From Podarcis filfolensis (taxonomy: Eukaryota), in the NCBI GenBank assembly GCA_964270895.1, contig OZ185448.1: a DNA stretch of 64,000 nucleotides, one strand, 5' to 3'. Shown piece by piece: positions 48,524 to 59,118 of this stretch (positions within the stretch are counted from its first letter, which is position 1; every line of letters starts with the position of its first letter). A program made the translations under genes and the position numbers. The notes beneath the pieces are model-generated. The model made no database searches. It worked only from the letters and a program-made list of their open reading frames with translations, and had not been told where the DNA came from.

Positions 48524-49100
48524 GGCGACGCCGGCGCGGCTCCAGGACGGACACTTCCGCCTTCCCGGGGGCGGGGGCAGCCTCCTCCGTCGGAGCGCAT
48601 ACGCGCCCATACGCCGACCGCTGCTTCCTCCTTTGCGCATGTGCGCCTCGGCTCCCGGCAGCAATTCTCGCGAGAAGAGGCGGGGCGAGAGCGCGTGTCC
48701 TCGACCGTCGCGCGACTTCCGGCGCCTGGAGCCGCACCGGTTGAGCGGCTGCCTGAGGGAGAGTTGAGGCGCGGAGAGCGAGACAGGCGTCGCGGAGGCC
48801 ATGCTGGGGCGGCGAGGCTTGTCCTTCGGGCAGCTGCTCCTGGCCACGGGGCTCGGCGTGGCGGGAGGCATCTACATCTACCAGCCCATCTTCCAAGGCG
48901 GCCCACGCGCGGGAGGCCCTGCCCGGGACGCGCCGCCGCCGCCGCGGCAGGAGGAGAAGCCGCCTCCCGGGACCCGCCTCGGCTGAGCCGGAGAGAGGCG
49001 GCGCTCCCTCGCGGCCTCGACGAGGCTCCTTTCTTGGCCCCCCAGGACGGGAAGCCCACCCGGCGCACAAGCGCTGCCGAGAAGCCCCTCCGAAGCGAAA
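48150..49100. promoter_or_regulatory. Bidirectional CpG-island promoter for PIGB (-) and PIGBOS1 (+)
   Basis: The two ATGs are 278 nt apart. Motifs: NRF1-like TGCGCATGTGCG 48634-48645, the perfect palindrome TCTCGCGAGA (BANP/ZBTB33-type) 48666-48675, and ETS ACTTCCGG 48715-48722. Confidence 0.85.
48801..48986 (+). CDS. PIGBOS1: PIGB opposite strand 1 microprotein (mitochondrial outer membrane); 61 aa
   Basis: MLGRRGLSFGQLLLATGLGVAGGIYIYQPIF aligns with recalled human [29 protein letters not shown]. The position opposite the PIGB 5' end is syntenic, and the Kozak context is GCCATGC. Confidence 0.9.
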   Translation: MLGRRGLSFGQLLLATGLGVAGGIYIYQPIFQGGPRAGGPARDAPPPPRQEEKPPPGTRLG

Positions 49101-49519
49101 GAGATGTGGACTGAAAGTTGAAAAATTCAACATGCCGTAAGCCATGTGCGAGGGATCATCAGGAAAGGGGCTGAATATATAAACCTGCCAGCAGCACAGC
49201 GCCAAACCACGACATCCACAATTGTTGGAACAGCCAAGAACTGGGAGGGAGGCAGGTGATATCTTTGCTGCAGCTGTCACACTGAGAGAGACATCAGCAG
49301 CAACCACCTGGTGAGGACATCCTGCTCTGCGTGGGACTGACGTGGCTGGGTTGCCAAAGAAAAAGAGGAACAGGGACTTGCATACGTTGTTCAGCTGTAG
49401 TGACTGTCATATCACTGCCCTTTAAATTGTTATTTGAATATAGCAATTTAACATAAGGCCGCCTCAAGAACTTTGTTCAGTAGCCGGGGTATAAATACTC
49501 CTAAATAAATTAAATAAAA

Positions 49520-50330
49520 TAGACCTATGGCAAGACAATGCTTGGAATGCCGTGTGCCGTTTTGGCTCACTTAAAAATGGATGTTGTGGAGTTGGAAAAG
49601 GTCAGAATAGGGCAAATGGAATGATCAAGGGGATGCAGCGACTCCCTTGTGAAGAAAAGTTGCAGCATTTGGGCTTTTTTAGTTTGGAGAAAAGGAAAGT
49701 AAGAGGTGATGTGAGGGAAGTTTATGAAATAATGCATGACACACAGAATTGAGTTTCTCTCATAACATTAGGACCCAGTGGCAGATTTAAGAAAACCAGA
49801 AGGAAGGAGTGCTTCACATAGTTAAGCAAGCTCACTCCATTTTTTTATTATTAAATTACCACTTTATCTTCCAAGGAGCTCTAGGTGATGCACATGGTTC
49901 TTCCCATTTCATCCTCACAACAGCCCTGTGCGGTAGCTTAGACTAACAGATGGTCACCTAGTAGTCCAACACGCTAACCATTACGCCACATTGGATGGTT
50001 TAAAAGAGGATTAGACAAATTCATGGATAAGGCTTTCAACAGCCTACTACGGACAACAGCCTTGTTCTACCTCTGTTGCCAGTGGTGGTGGTTTGTATTC
50101 TCATTTTGTATTTCTCTGTTGTGAAGCGCTCTGGGATCTTTGGATGAAGGGTGGTATACAAATTTAATATAACAACAGCAACAGTATGCCGCTGAATGCC
50201 AGTTGCTGGCAACTGCAGGTGGAAGAGTGCTGTTGTTGTGCTCAGATCCTGCTTTTCAGCTTCAGATTTGGGGCCTCTGGACTAGGTGGGCCCCTTTGGC
50301 CTGACCCTGATGCAGCCAGACTCTTTGGCT
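49520..50330 (+). mobile_element. Degenerate CR1 LINE 3' fragment with internal SINE-like insertions
   Basis: The translation MIKGMQRLPCEEKLQHLGFFSLEKRKVRGDVREVYEIM is a CR1 C-terminus. A reversed SINE lies at about 49843-49990. The boundaries are approximate. Confidence 0.75.
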
Positions 50331-50630
50331 TCCCCTCTGGGCTAAAGTGAGCCGAACTCACAGTTGTGCATATCTGGGGGAACTTTGGAGAGAGAACTTA
50401 GGAATCCATGAGGGTGGCCGGCCGCCAGAGGGCACCAGAGCTGCAAGAGTTGTGGCAGCTGCTGTGTGGTTGAGACAGTGGCTACAGAGCTGCTTTTGTA
50501 GAGCCTGTTGTAGCAAAACAAATCCAGAACCCTTGGGGGACAACTTAAGGGTGAGCACATGACCCAAGAAAGCCTTCACTCATCCTTCAGGCACTGCCTT
50601 GCGGGGGAGGGAAGCTTCAGCCTCTTAAGT

Positions 50631-50762
50631 CAGTCATAGGCAACCTTGGCCTGCCAGATGTTTTGGGACTACAATTCCCACCATCCCTGACCACTAGTCC
50701 TGTTAGGGATCATGGGAGTTGTAGTCCCAGAATATCTGGCGGGCCGAGGTTGCCTATACCTG
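50631..50762. mobile_element. Palindromic MITE related to 46246-46381
   Basis: TIR ATAGGCAACC / GGTTGCCTAT and internal inverted GGGACTACAA / TTGTAGTCCC. The TSD is only partly preserved (TAAGT). Confidence 0.8.
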
Positions 50763-51336
50763 CTCTAAGTGGTGCCTCCCCTTTCCTTGAAGCTGGTTTC
50801 AAAGGACCCCCAAATCTGTAGGGGGGTACCAGTTGTTTTTGTGGACATCAGCACCACCTCTCAGGTTTCTCCAAGTCGGCAGGCCTGGGCAGACTTCCCT
50901 GCCAGCCCCTGTGAGCTCACTGGGACTGACTGCCTAGTAGGTAAACAGGGGAGCAAGTTGGCCAGAGGAAGTGCAGGAGGAGATGCAGACCCTACAGAGA
51001 GCCCCAAATCTCATTCAGCTGTGCTGGCAGAATAAAGATGTGAAGGCCCATGGGGGAAATGGTGGGGCACTGTGCCATTTGCTTTAATGGACTGACCTTC
51101 ACTGGTCATATTTTTCATATTTAATCATTTTTATTTTCTTGATTGCTGTGTCTTTTAAAACATATGCTGCCTTGGGACTTTGGGTAAGAGGTGGCATGGA
51201 AATGCTTTGAACAAACCAACACACTTTCAATTTGAAAGCATCCCAGAGTGCTAATCTCCAAAGGGCGAGCTGTGTTGGTTTACTGCAGAACAAAGGGTGT
51301 TAAGGCTTGTGGCTGGCTTCAGCCCATGGAAGTTTA

Positions 51337-53360
51337 TTATGCCATAAAGTTATTAAGTCTTTGAATTGTCACAGGATTCTTGGCTGTTTTGAGAGCATCA
51401 ACCAAGTTCTTCATCTCCTTTAGCAAAATCTACACTCTTTCAGGGCATGTTCCAACCAAAGTTGAACATATTTAAAGCTGCAGTCCTATACCTTGGAACT
51501 CAGTAGGATTTATTTCGGAGTAAAGATGTATCAGGCTGCATTGACTGCAAAAGGCAAAGTGAAGCATATGCCTGCCTCTCCTGTTGGGAGTCCATGTGGC
51601 ACAAAAACAATGCCCTCCCCAGTGGGACCCACTTTTGATGCCTTCTTGCTAGGACATTGAGAGTTGCAACCTGCATCAGGTAGTGCTGGTTTATTAAAAT
51701 AGAAGCCTAGGGTTTGCTTAAAAGGAAAATTGGAAGAGCAAAATCTCACACTGGGGTAGGGAACCTGCAAACCCCTTAAGACATTGTTAAGCTACGATTC
51801 CCACCATCCTCTCTGCCCCTGATCTTTCTGTCTGGGGCTGATGCAGGCACTGGGTTCCCCACTCCTGATCTCATGAAAGACTAGGCCTAGGATCTTCCTT
51901 GTGTCAGGAGGAGAATTGGATTAAGCAAAAATAGCATTGCACCCTCAGCTTAACCCTGCTTCTTCGGAAGTGACTCCCATTGATTCCAATAACGCTTCCT
52001 TCTAGATAATTGTGTCTAGGTCCGCAGCCTTAAGTGGGCAGAAAGAGGTCAGTTCCAGCCAAGAAAAGTTACTGGTAAGAGCTTGTTGGCTCCTAGCAGC
52101 TTATTATGAGTACCAAAACCTGATGGATCATAATAGATTGATGCTGTAGACCTGCTTTATAAATTCATTGAGCAGCCATGATTCACAGCCCTTTTTCTCT
52201 GTTATGTGCACTGCAGCTGCATCCTTTGAAATCAAGTATCCACCACCTGGGATTTAAAGCACAGCAAAATGTGTGCAAAAGACAAATTTCTCTTGGTTTT
52301 CGCCTCTTGGTCTGCACATTTGTCAAAAAACCCTTCAGGATACTGCATGAAGCCCAGTCCATCATGGCTGTGCAGAGAATGAATGTTAAGAGGCTGTCCT
52401 TTTGGACAACAACAAGCACCTTCACAGTTCTTGCGTTTGAGGTTCAAGTCTTGCAACTCTCATCCATGCTGCTCCACACATTACACAGAGAAATCCACTG
52501 CTTTGCCTACCATGTTCAAAAGGAATCTGAGCCCAGTAAATGTCTGAGATACCCGTTTGTTTCAATCCCAGGTCACGTGGGCATCTGCTTTGCCACTGTG
52601 ACAAAAGATAGTTCGGCCGTTGCGCAACATCTTGCCTGGTGAAGAGTTCTGGAGAAGTCAAAAGCCTGCTTCACTTTCGTGACAAATTGATTGATCCCAA
52701 TAAAGACACCACCCATGGGTGGATTTTGGAATTTGTTCATAGCTGTCAATGTTTCCCTTTTTTAAAGGGAAATTCCCTTATTCCGAATAGGATTCCTTGC
52801 AAGAAAAGGGAAAAGTTGACAGCTATGAGTTTGTTTATGGGACTGGCATTGATTCCCCGCTCCCTTCTCATGTTGCTGGGTAGCATTTAAAGAACCCACA
52901 TATTTGATCTAATATGAACTGTATGTATCTGTCTCATGGAGACTTTTCTTCCCCCACAAAAAAGAACAAATAGACTTTCTGTCTGCATACACACATAATT
53001 AAGGGGATAGAAGTAGAAAGGAGAGGCAGGAAAATTGCCGGGGGGGGGGGGGCCTCTGCGCTCTCAGTCCCAGGGAAGGAAGGGCCTGCTGGCAGTGCTA
53101 CCTTCAAGTCAGTGCTCAAACTATAGGTGGGGAAGTAGGGGGTCTTTAATTAAACCCACAAGCCCCATCCAACTTAGCTTCTCCCAGTTTTAGCCTGCCA
53201 ATATTTGGGTGTCCTGTCCCATCTTCTGCAGTGTTGCTCTTTTAATAGGCATGTCTTAAAAGGGTGTCTCTTAGATCCCTCTCTGGTCCCTCCATGCTGA
53301 CCTTTGAGTCCACAGCTCTGGTAAAAGCCATTCCTCCTCACCCTCACCCTCCTTGCACAT
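51337..53360 (-). other. Candidate unrecognised 3-4 exon gene or pseudogene
   Basis: Exon candidates: 53360-53348 or 53360-53302, 52648-52511, 52367-52247 and 51429-51337. The two middle ones have good polypyrimidine-AG acceptors. X-box half-sites lie at 53375-53412, and AATAAA overlaps the last stop. No homology was recognised. Confidence 0.3.
52738..52827. mobile_element. Short hAT-type MITE, same family as 19445-19615
   Basis: TIR CATAGCTGTCAA / TTGACAGCTATG. The flanks AATTTGTT and AGTTTGTT match at 7 of 8 positions. Confidence 0.85.
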
Positions 53361-55012
53361 CAATTTTCCAGGTGGTTGCTAGGTGCCGTCACAGGACTGG
53401 TTGCCATGAGACCCAAAGGGGGTGGGTGTTTGGGGCAGGGCTGGGTTGCTGCTGCAGATTAATTTCTGTCACTTGGGCCTCTCTTGCTGCTTCCTGCTCA
53501 AGGTGGTTGCCTCATGGGAGACCCCCCCCCCCCCGCCTGATGCAAGCTTGCTTGAGATGAGCAGGAGGCCCCAGAGGTGCCTAGCTCCCATTTCCTTGCA
53601 CTGTATTGTGCCCGGGTTGTCAACCTGGCTTGTCTCTGTGGTTGAAGTGGCAACAATATGTGTGTCTTCTGCTGCCCAACAGATGTTTGGACTAGGCCTC
53701 CCCATCAGCCTCTGCCAGCGTGGCCAAAACATCTAGAGGGCACATCTAGAGAACGTTGTATATTAAAAAGCTTCCTAGAAGCCAGCCAAAGATTTAGGTA
53801 ATAACATTTCTCCCTTTGAAGGTTGCCCTGGTCCAGAGAGGTCTGCCCAGCGGGGGTTGATCCATTTGCAGCCAAATTCTAGGTCCCAGGCCTTCATCAG
53901 CTTGGTGCCCTTCTGTCCTTAGGCTATCAGGGCTGATGGGAATTGTAGTGCAAAACACCCAGAGGGCATGAGGTTTGCAAAGGCTGAAGGATTCGTGTGC
54001 GTACTTGAAAAATGCAAATACTGGAATTGAATTGTTTAATTATTTCCTTCCTGGGACTCTTTTGCTTTCTTTCTCTCTCTTTAAAGGGAAATGTACTTTC
54101 TTAGCTTATGACTGACTCATCATGGGCAGATGAAACTCTAATCAACCTTCAAATTCCTCTTGGGTGTTAAAAGGCAGGTGTGGCTCACTTCTCTACCAGT
54201 GGAAAACCACCCTCTTTCGCTAATGCTTGGAAGAAAAATTTAAACCTTAACGGTGACATCCGCCTTCTATAAATGGTTAGCATTTCACAATACATTATTG
54301 CACCCTTCTGTACACATCACTGAGGCCTAAAGAAGCATAGTTAAAAGGTGTTAAGGGAAGGCTGGACCTTGTGCATGCACACACAAGTTGTTTCTCCCAT
54401 GTTATCCTCTGCTTCCAAGCTGTCCCAAAAACCAGGGAGGGTGGAAGTGGGATGAGGGAACACCTGTGGTCCTTCAGATATAGTAGGTCTCCGGCCCCCA
54501 TCATTATCATCCCTGAACACTGGGCATGCCAGCTCCTGGAGCTGATGGAATCTGGTGTCCAGGAACCCCTGGAAAGCCCCAGAGGTTCCCCATCCCCACA
54601 CTCTTCCCTACATTGGACCTGCTGTGTGGTGGCGAATTAACAGGGTTTTCATCCTTGCTGGAACAGCCTGTGGGATGGGCTTTAATGGGCAGGAGAGGAT
54701 ACCGTATATTAATTGCAAGAGCAGCTGCATTGCATGCTGAAAGTCCCAAATTGGAAGCATCTCATGTTGGTTGCTTGGTTTGTTTCTGAAAGCAGCGTTG
54801 CAGGGAAAAGCCTCTCTGTGGTCGGAGACCCTGACGGACTGTGCCATGGCAGGCTAGATGGGGCCTGTGGTCAGATGCAGCAGGGACGACCCTTTGATCT
54901 GCCTCGGTGGAGAAGAGGCTCCCTAGTCTGGCTCTGTTTCCCCCTTTTCCAGCAGACCAGCTGCAGGAGTAGCTCAGGCCCGCCCCCTCCAGCCTGTGCT
55001 GCTGACAAACCT

Positions 55013-57753
55013 CTAAGCCCCAGGGCTGGCCACGGCTGTTGTGGCACATTCCTGCTTCTCTGGGCAGAAGAAGGGCTTGTTTGCAAGCTCCTGCGCCTGG
55101 GAAAGGAGGCAACACCACAATATCACTTGATCAGCCAGCGAGGCCACATGACAAACAGCTGAGAGTCATTAGGGTGGGCTGGCAGGCAGGCTGGGCTGAG
55201 GGAGGGGGGGGCTACTTTGGGTGCAGCCAGACTAGGGGAGCAAAGGGGACCTTCTGAAAACCGGCTCCTTGTTGCTCTTACCTCCTCACGTGCCAGCTGG
55301 CTGCTTTCCATGGCTCTGCTACTGGACCACAGACCCAAATTCCATCTCTGCTTGGGGACCTGTCTGTAGGACCTGCTGGGAAGGTGGGGGCCGCTGAGCA
55401 TCTCCTGCCAATTCCAATCAGGTAAGGAAAGGATTTCTTCATTCCTCCGCTCTCCTTTCTTCTTCTTCAGCGGTTTAAGCTCACGTTATCCGTGTGCAAA
55501 CTACCTCACTAAAATTACACACCTTCAGTGAACCCGAACTTAGCTAAATTATTCCAGGGAATTAGGGTGAACTTCAGTTACGACGCCAATCTGCCAAAGG
55601 GGGGGGGGGAGATTTCAGATGGATTCAGTGAAATCCCCCTGGGTACGTTTCCTTGGAAGTCCTTTGAACTTAGGGGGTGAATGTGTTTAAGGTGGCAGCC
55701 CCAAGCCCTTGGGGGGATGATAGGGTGGGCTCCTTGGTTCTTTGGAGCCTGACCCAGGGCTCTTCTGTTCACATAATGTGTCTAAATGCTGGAGACTGGA
55801 GGCTTTCTTGCTGAGCTGACCCTGGGAAAGTGGGTTTCCTTTAATTTTCAGAAAGCGCATTTTAATCTCTAAGCTGTGCGGCCCCAGCTTGTTCTATATA
55901 AACGGGGCATGTTTAGGCCAAAGGAAGAAGTGTGAAAAAGAGAAAAGGTGCAAATGTATTCAGGTAGCTTTCAAACACTTAAAGGGATTTCTGAAAACGA
56001 GGAGGAAGAAGGTGTCTTCTTTATGCACAGCCAGGGTATTGTGAGCTTAGCCAAGCGGGTGCGTTGCACTACAACTCCCATCGGCCCCAGCCAGCACAGC
56101 CTTTTCTTCCATTTGCCCCTCAGCTGCATCCATCTCCAAAAGCTCGGGCGAAAGCACAGCAGCTGGGTCAGGCAAGGCTGCACTAGGACATTTTGCCGCC
56201 TTAGGAAATACTGAAAATCCTGCCCCCACCTGCATGTATGCATGCCGCCAACTGACCATACACTTTGGGCTAGGGCCGGCCCACCCATGAGGCAAGGTGA
56301 AGCAGCTGCCTCAGGTGGCAAGATTCACCGGGGCAGCAGACCCTGATGTCGATCTTCTCCCTGCAGCCCTTGTTCCTGATTTTCCTTCTTCACTGGTGGG
56401 TTGGGGAGCTCCATGATGGGGTTTGCCTCAGGTCCCAAAATGTCTTCCGCTGCATCCATGTCTGCATGCCACCTGAGGTGCCCTGGGGAGTGAAAGGAAG
56501 AGTGCAGCAGCGGCAGGAGGGCAGCGGTGGGCATGCTGGGCTGGGCCTGAGGCGGCCACCTTCCCCCCCCTCATGGGCAGGGTGGCTGGCCCAGCAGCCA
56601 GGGCGTGTCACTCTCCCACATGGGTAGAAACTGTCGTGCAAGGGCTTTTGAGCTGCTCCCCTCACTCTCTGTGGGGCCTGGGCAGGACAGCTCCCCGCCG
56701 GATCGTGTCCTTTGCCTTTCAAGATGGGCCATGGAGAGCCTTGTTGCTGGGTGGCTGGCCAGTCCAGACTCAGAAGGACATAATGCTCTTAATGAAGGGA
56801 AAGAGAAAAAGGCCACTTTGTTACATGCATTCAGCTCCCACCAACATGAAAAGAAATAATTCTTTGCTTGGGGATCATATGATGCAGCCTGGAAGTTGGC
56901 GGTTTGTCAGTTGTGCGCTGGGCCAGAGGCAGGTCTTTAGCCTTGCTGCAACTGCAGGCTGGGCAACCGCAGCACAGTTGTCTGGCAGGGTTCCTCTTCC
57001 TTCAGCTCCTCTGAACTTCACGAAAGCGAAGGGGATGTGGAGAAAGAGCTTGCGGAATTTCTTTTTGTTCAAGCCGTCCAAAAGCGCTGAGGGCCTGTCA
57101 ACCGCTTGCACTGTGGGGCTGAATTAAATCAACCACATTTAACAGACAGAATAAACTATAAGGAACTCAAGCATTTCCCAGCTCATTTCAGGCTGTTTGG
57201 CTGGCTGTCAAGGTGAGGTGCAACCTGGAATTGGGGAGAAGCTGCTTCGGAAGGAGAAGGTCTCCAGCTTTGATCCCTGGAAGCATCTCCAGCCCAAAGG
57301 CTCAGTCATAGGAGAGGCTTCTCTGCCTGAAGCTGTTGTTGTTGTTGTTGTTGTTGAACACCCCACCCATCTGGCTGGGTTTCCCCAGCCATTCTGAGCA
57401 GCTCTCAACAGGAGCAGGCAGGAGTCTGAAGGGTGGGCCGAGGAGGCAAGGGGGCAGGAGGATGATCCAGGGGTAAGGGTCAGTGATTTGTGAGGTTCGG
57501 TGCCACCTGTGAAGCAGGGGGAAGAGGGGCAGTCGGAGAGGACAGAAGAGGAGGTGGAGGAAGAGTTGCAGGAAGGTGAAGAGGTGGAAAAGATTCCCAG
57601 GGAGAGTCGGGGAGAATCTCCTTTGTCCCCTGGTATCTTCAAGGATAAGGAGGAGCTAAAAGCGACAGGAGCTGCTGGAGCTGCTTTCATGTGGTACATC
57701 GGAAGAGGGGAGTTAAATGTCCTGATGGAGGCATGGTTGTGCTGTTGCACAAA
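55013..57753 (-). other. Cluster of candidate coding exons of an unrecognised gene
   Basis: A phase-compatible chain 56787-56666, 56482-56342 and 56210-56047, plus the pair about 55404-55282 and 55096-55013, and a Ser/Pro-rich ORF 57753-57208. No homology was recognised. Confidence 0.3.
57334..57356 (+). repeat. (GTT)n microsatellite
   Basis: Read directly from the sequence. It encodes poly-Thr in the minus-strand ORF 57208-57750. Confidence 0.9.
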
Positions 57754-58918
57754 CTGTTTAAGGACTCAGCTATACAGCTGCAAATAAAACGTTTTGAATG
57801 TGTTGTAAAGTGCAATATACAGAGGGCGGGCGATTTTGAGCCAAAGCAAATTCAATGCATTTTTTCAAAACGGTTTTGAAAAAGCATTTTCACAACGTTT
57901 TTAACATGTGTGTAGATTCCACCTTGGTTGGAGGACAAGTCTGAAGATGGAGATGCCTATCTAGCTATTTCGCACGAGTGGTGCATGTAATTCTTGCACC
58001 TTAGGAGCTGACGTAATTGAGTACTTTGCCAATAAAAAACTAGACTTCCCAATTGCATGTCCTCACTGGGGGCTGGGTGTGCTCAGGATAGAAGCCCCGG
58101 GGAATCACTGCCTGTCTAAGTAGACAAAGATGCCCTATAAACTTGCCTTACAGCCAGAGTTTATGCCAAGTCTAAGAGAGGACCAAAGCCCTGGGGGAAA
58201 GGATGGGAAGCAAACAAAACTTTTGAGCAAGGGCAGAAGCCCGTAGGACCCCCCCAATCTCTTGTTATATGAGCTCATTAAATCCCTTAGAGTGCAAATC
58301 CCCCTGGTTTTTGTTCACTCTGGTGAAATTTGTAGCAATTATATACAACATTCCCTTTTGACACAAAAATGTTCCGTAAAGCCTTGCATGAAATATCCAC
58401 CCCGGCAGTTAATAAGCGCTACCCATTTCCTTGCTTCAGAGATTTCTGTATCATTAACTGCTAACAAGTCATTTTCAAACATCCACATCCAAACAGGGAA
58501 ACGCACTTAGAGGGTCACCTGGGCATTGAAGAAAAGGCACTGGTGGCTTCAGCGATAAAAGAGCCATCCTTTGTTGCCAGGTAAGTTGTGTCCAAGAATC
58601 AAGGCGAGGGAAACAACAAGGACTTTTTTCTGAGATAAAAAGCAAGAATCCTAGCGAGACTAAACAAATACGACTTGTAGGCCTGGCAATTCCTGGTCTT
58701 TTTAAATGGACTGAATCCCTCCAGCTGGCTGTGACTGACAGCTGCCTTAAAGGGAAACTCCCTACTAAATCACCACCACAGGATCCAGGGCCAAGGGCTC
58801 TGGGCTACAGGCGTTTCTGCTCTGGAGACGCCTGGAGGTGAGCTGAACAGGAAAACGCCTAATGCCTGTGATCAAACTGATTTGACAAGAAGGAAAACCA
58901 CACTGTTTGTTTTAGTGG

Positions 58919-59118
58919 NNNNNNNNNNNNNNNNNNNNNNNNNNNNNNNNNNNNNNNNNNNNNNNNNNNNNNNNNNNNNNNNNNNNNNNNNNNNNNNNNN
59001 NNNNNNNNNNNNNNNNNNNNNNNNNNNNNNNNNNNNNNNNNNNNNNNNNNNNNNNNNNNNNNNNNNNNNNNNNNNNNNNNNNNNNNNNNNNNNNNNNNNN
59101 NNNNNNNNNNNNNNNNNN
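58919..59118. other. Assembly gap of 200 N
   Basis: Run of N. Confidence 1.

Noticed and set aside
47836-49307. Several 150-300 aa ORFs on both strands around the PIGB promoter
   Set aside because: Stop codons are depleted in a very GC-rich CpG island. Only PIGB exon 1 and PIGBOS1 show homology.
52516-52575. Selenoprotein reading of the two in-frame TGA codons in candidate model B
   Set aside because: No SECIS-like element was seen downstream and there is no known selenoprotein motif. A different frame or pseudogenisation is more parsimonious.
55422-55470. Plus-strand GTAAGG...polypyrimidine-CAG pair resembling an intron
   Set aside because: At 49 nt it is below the usual vertebrate intron minimum. 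The pyrimidine tract is explained by a GAA-rich stretch on the other strand.
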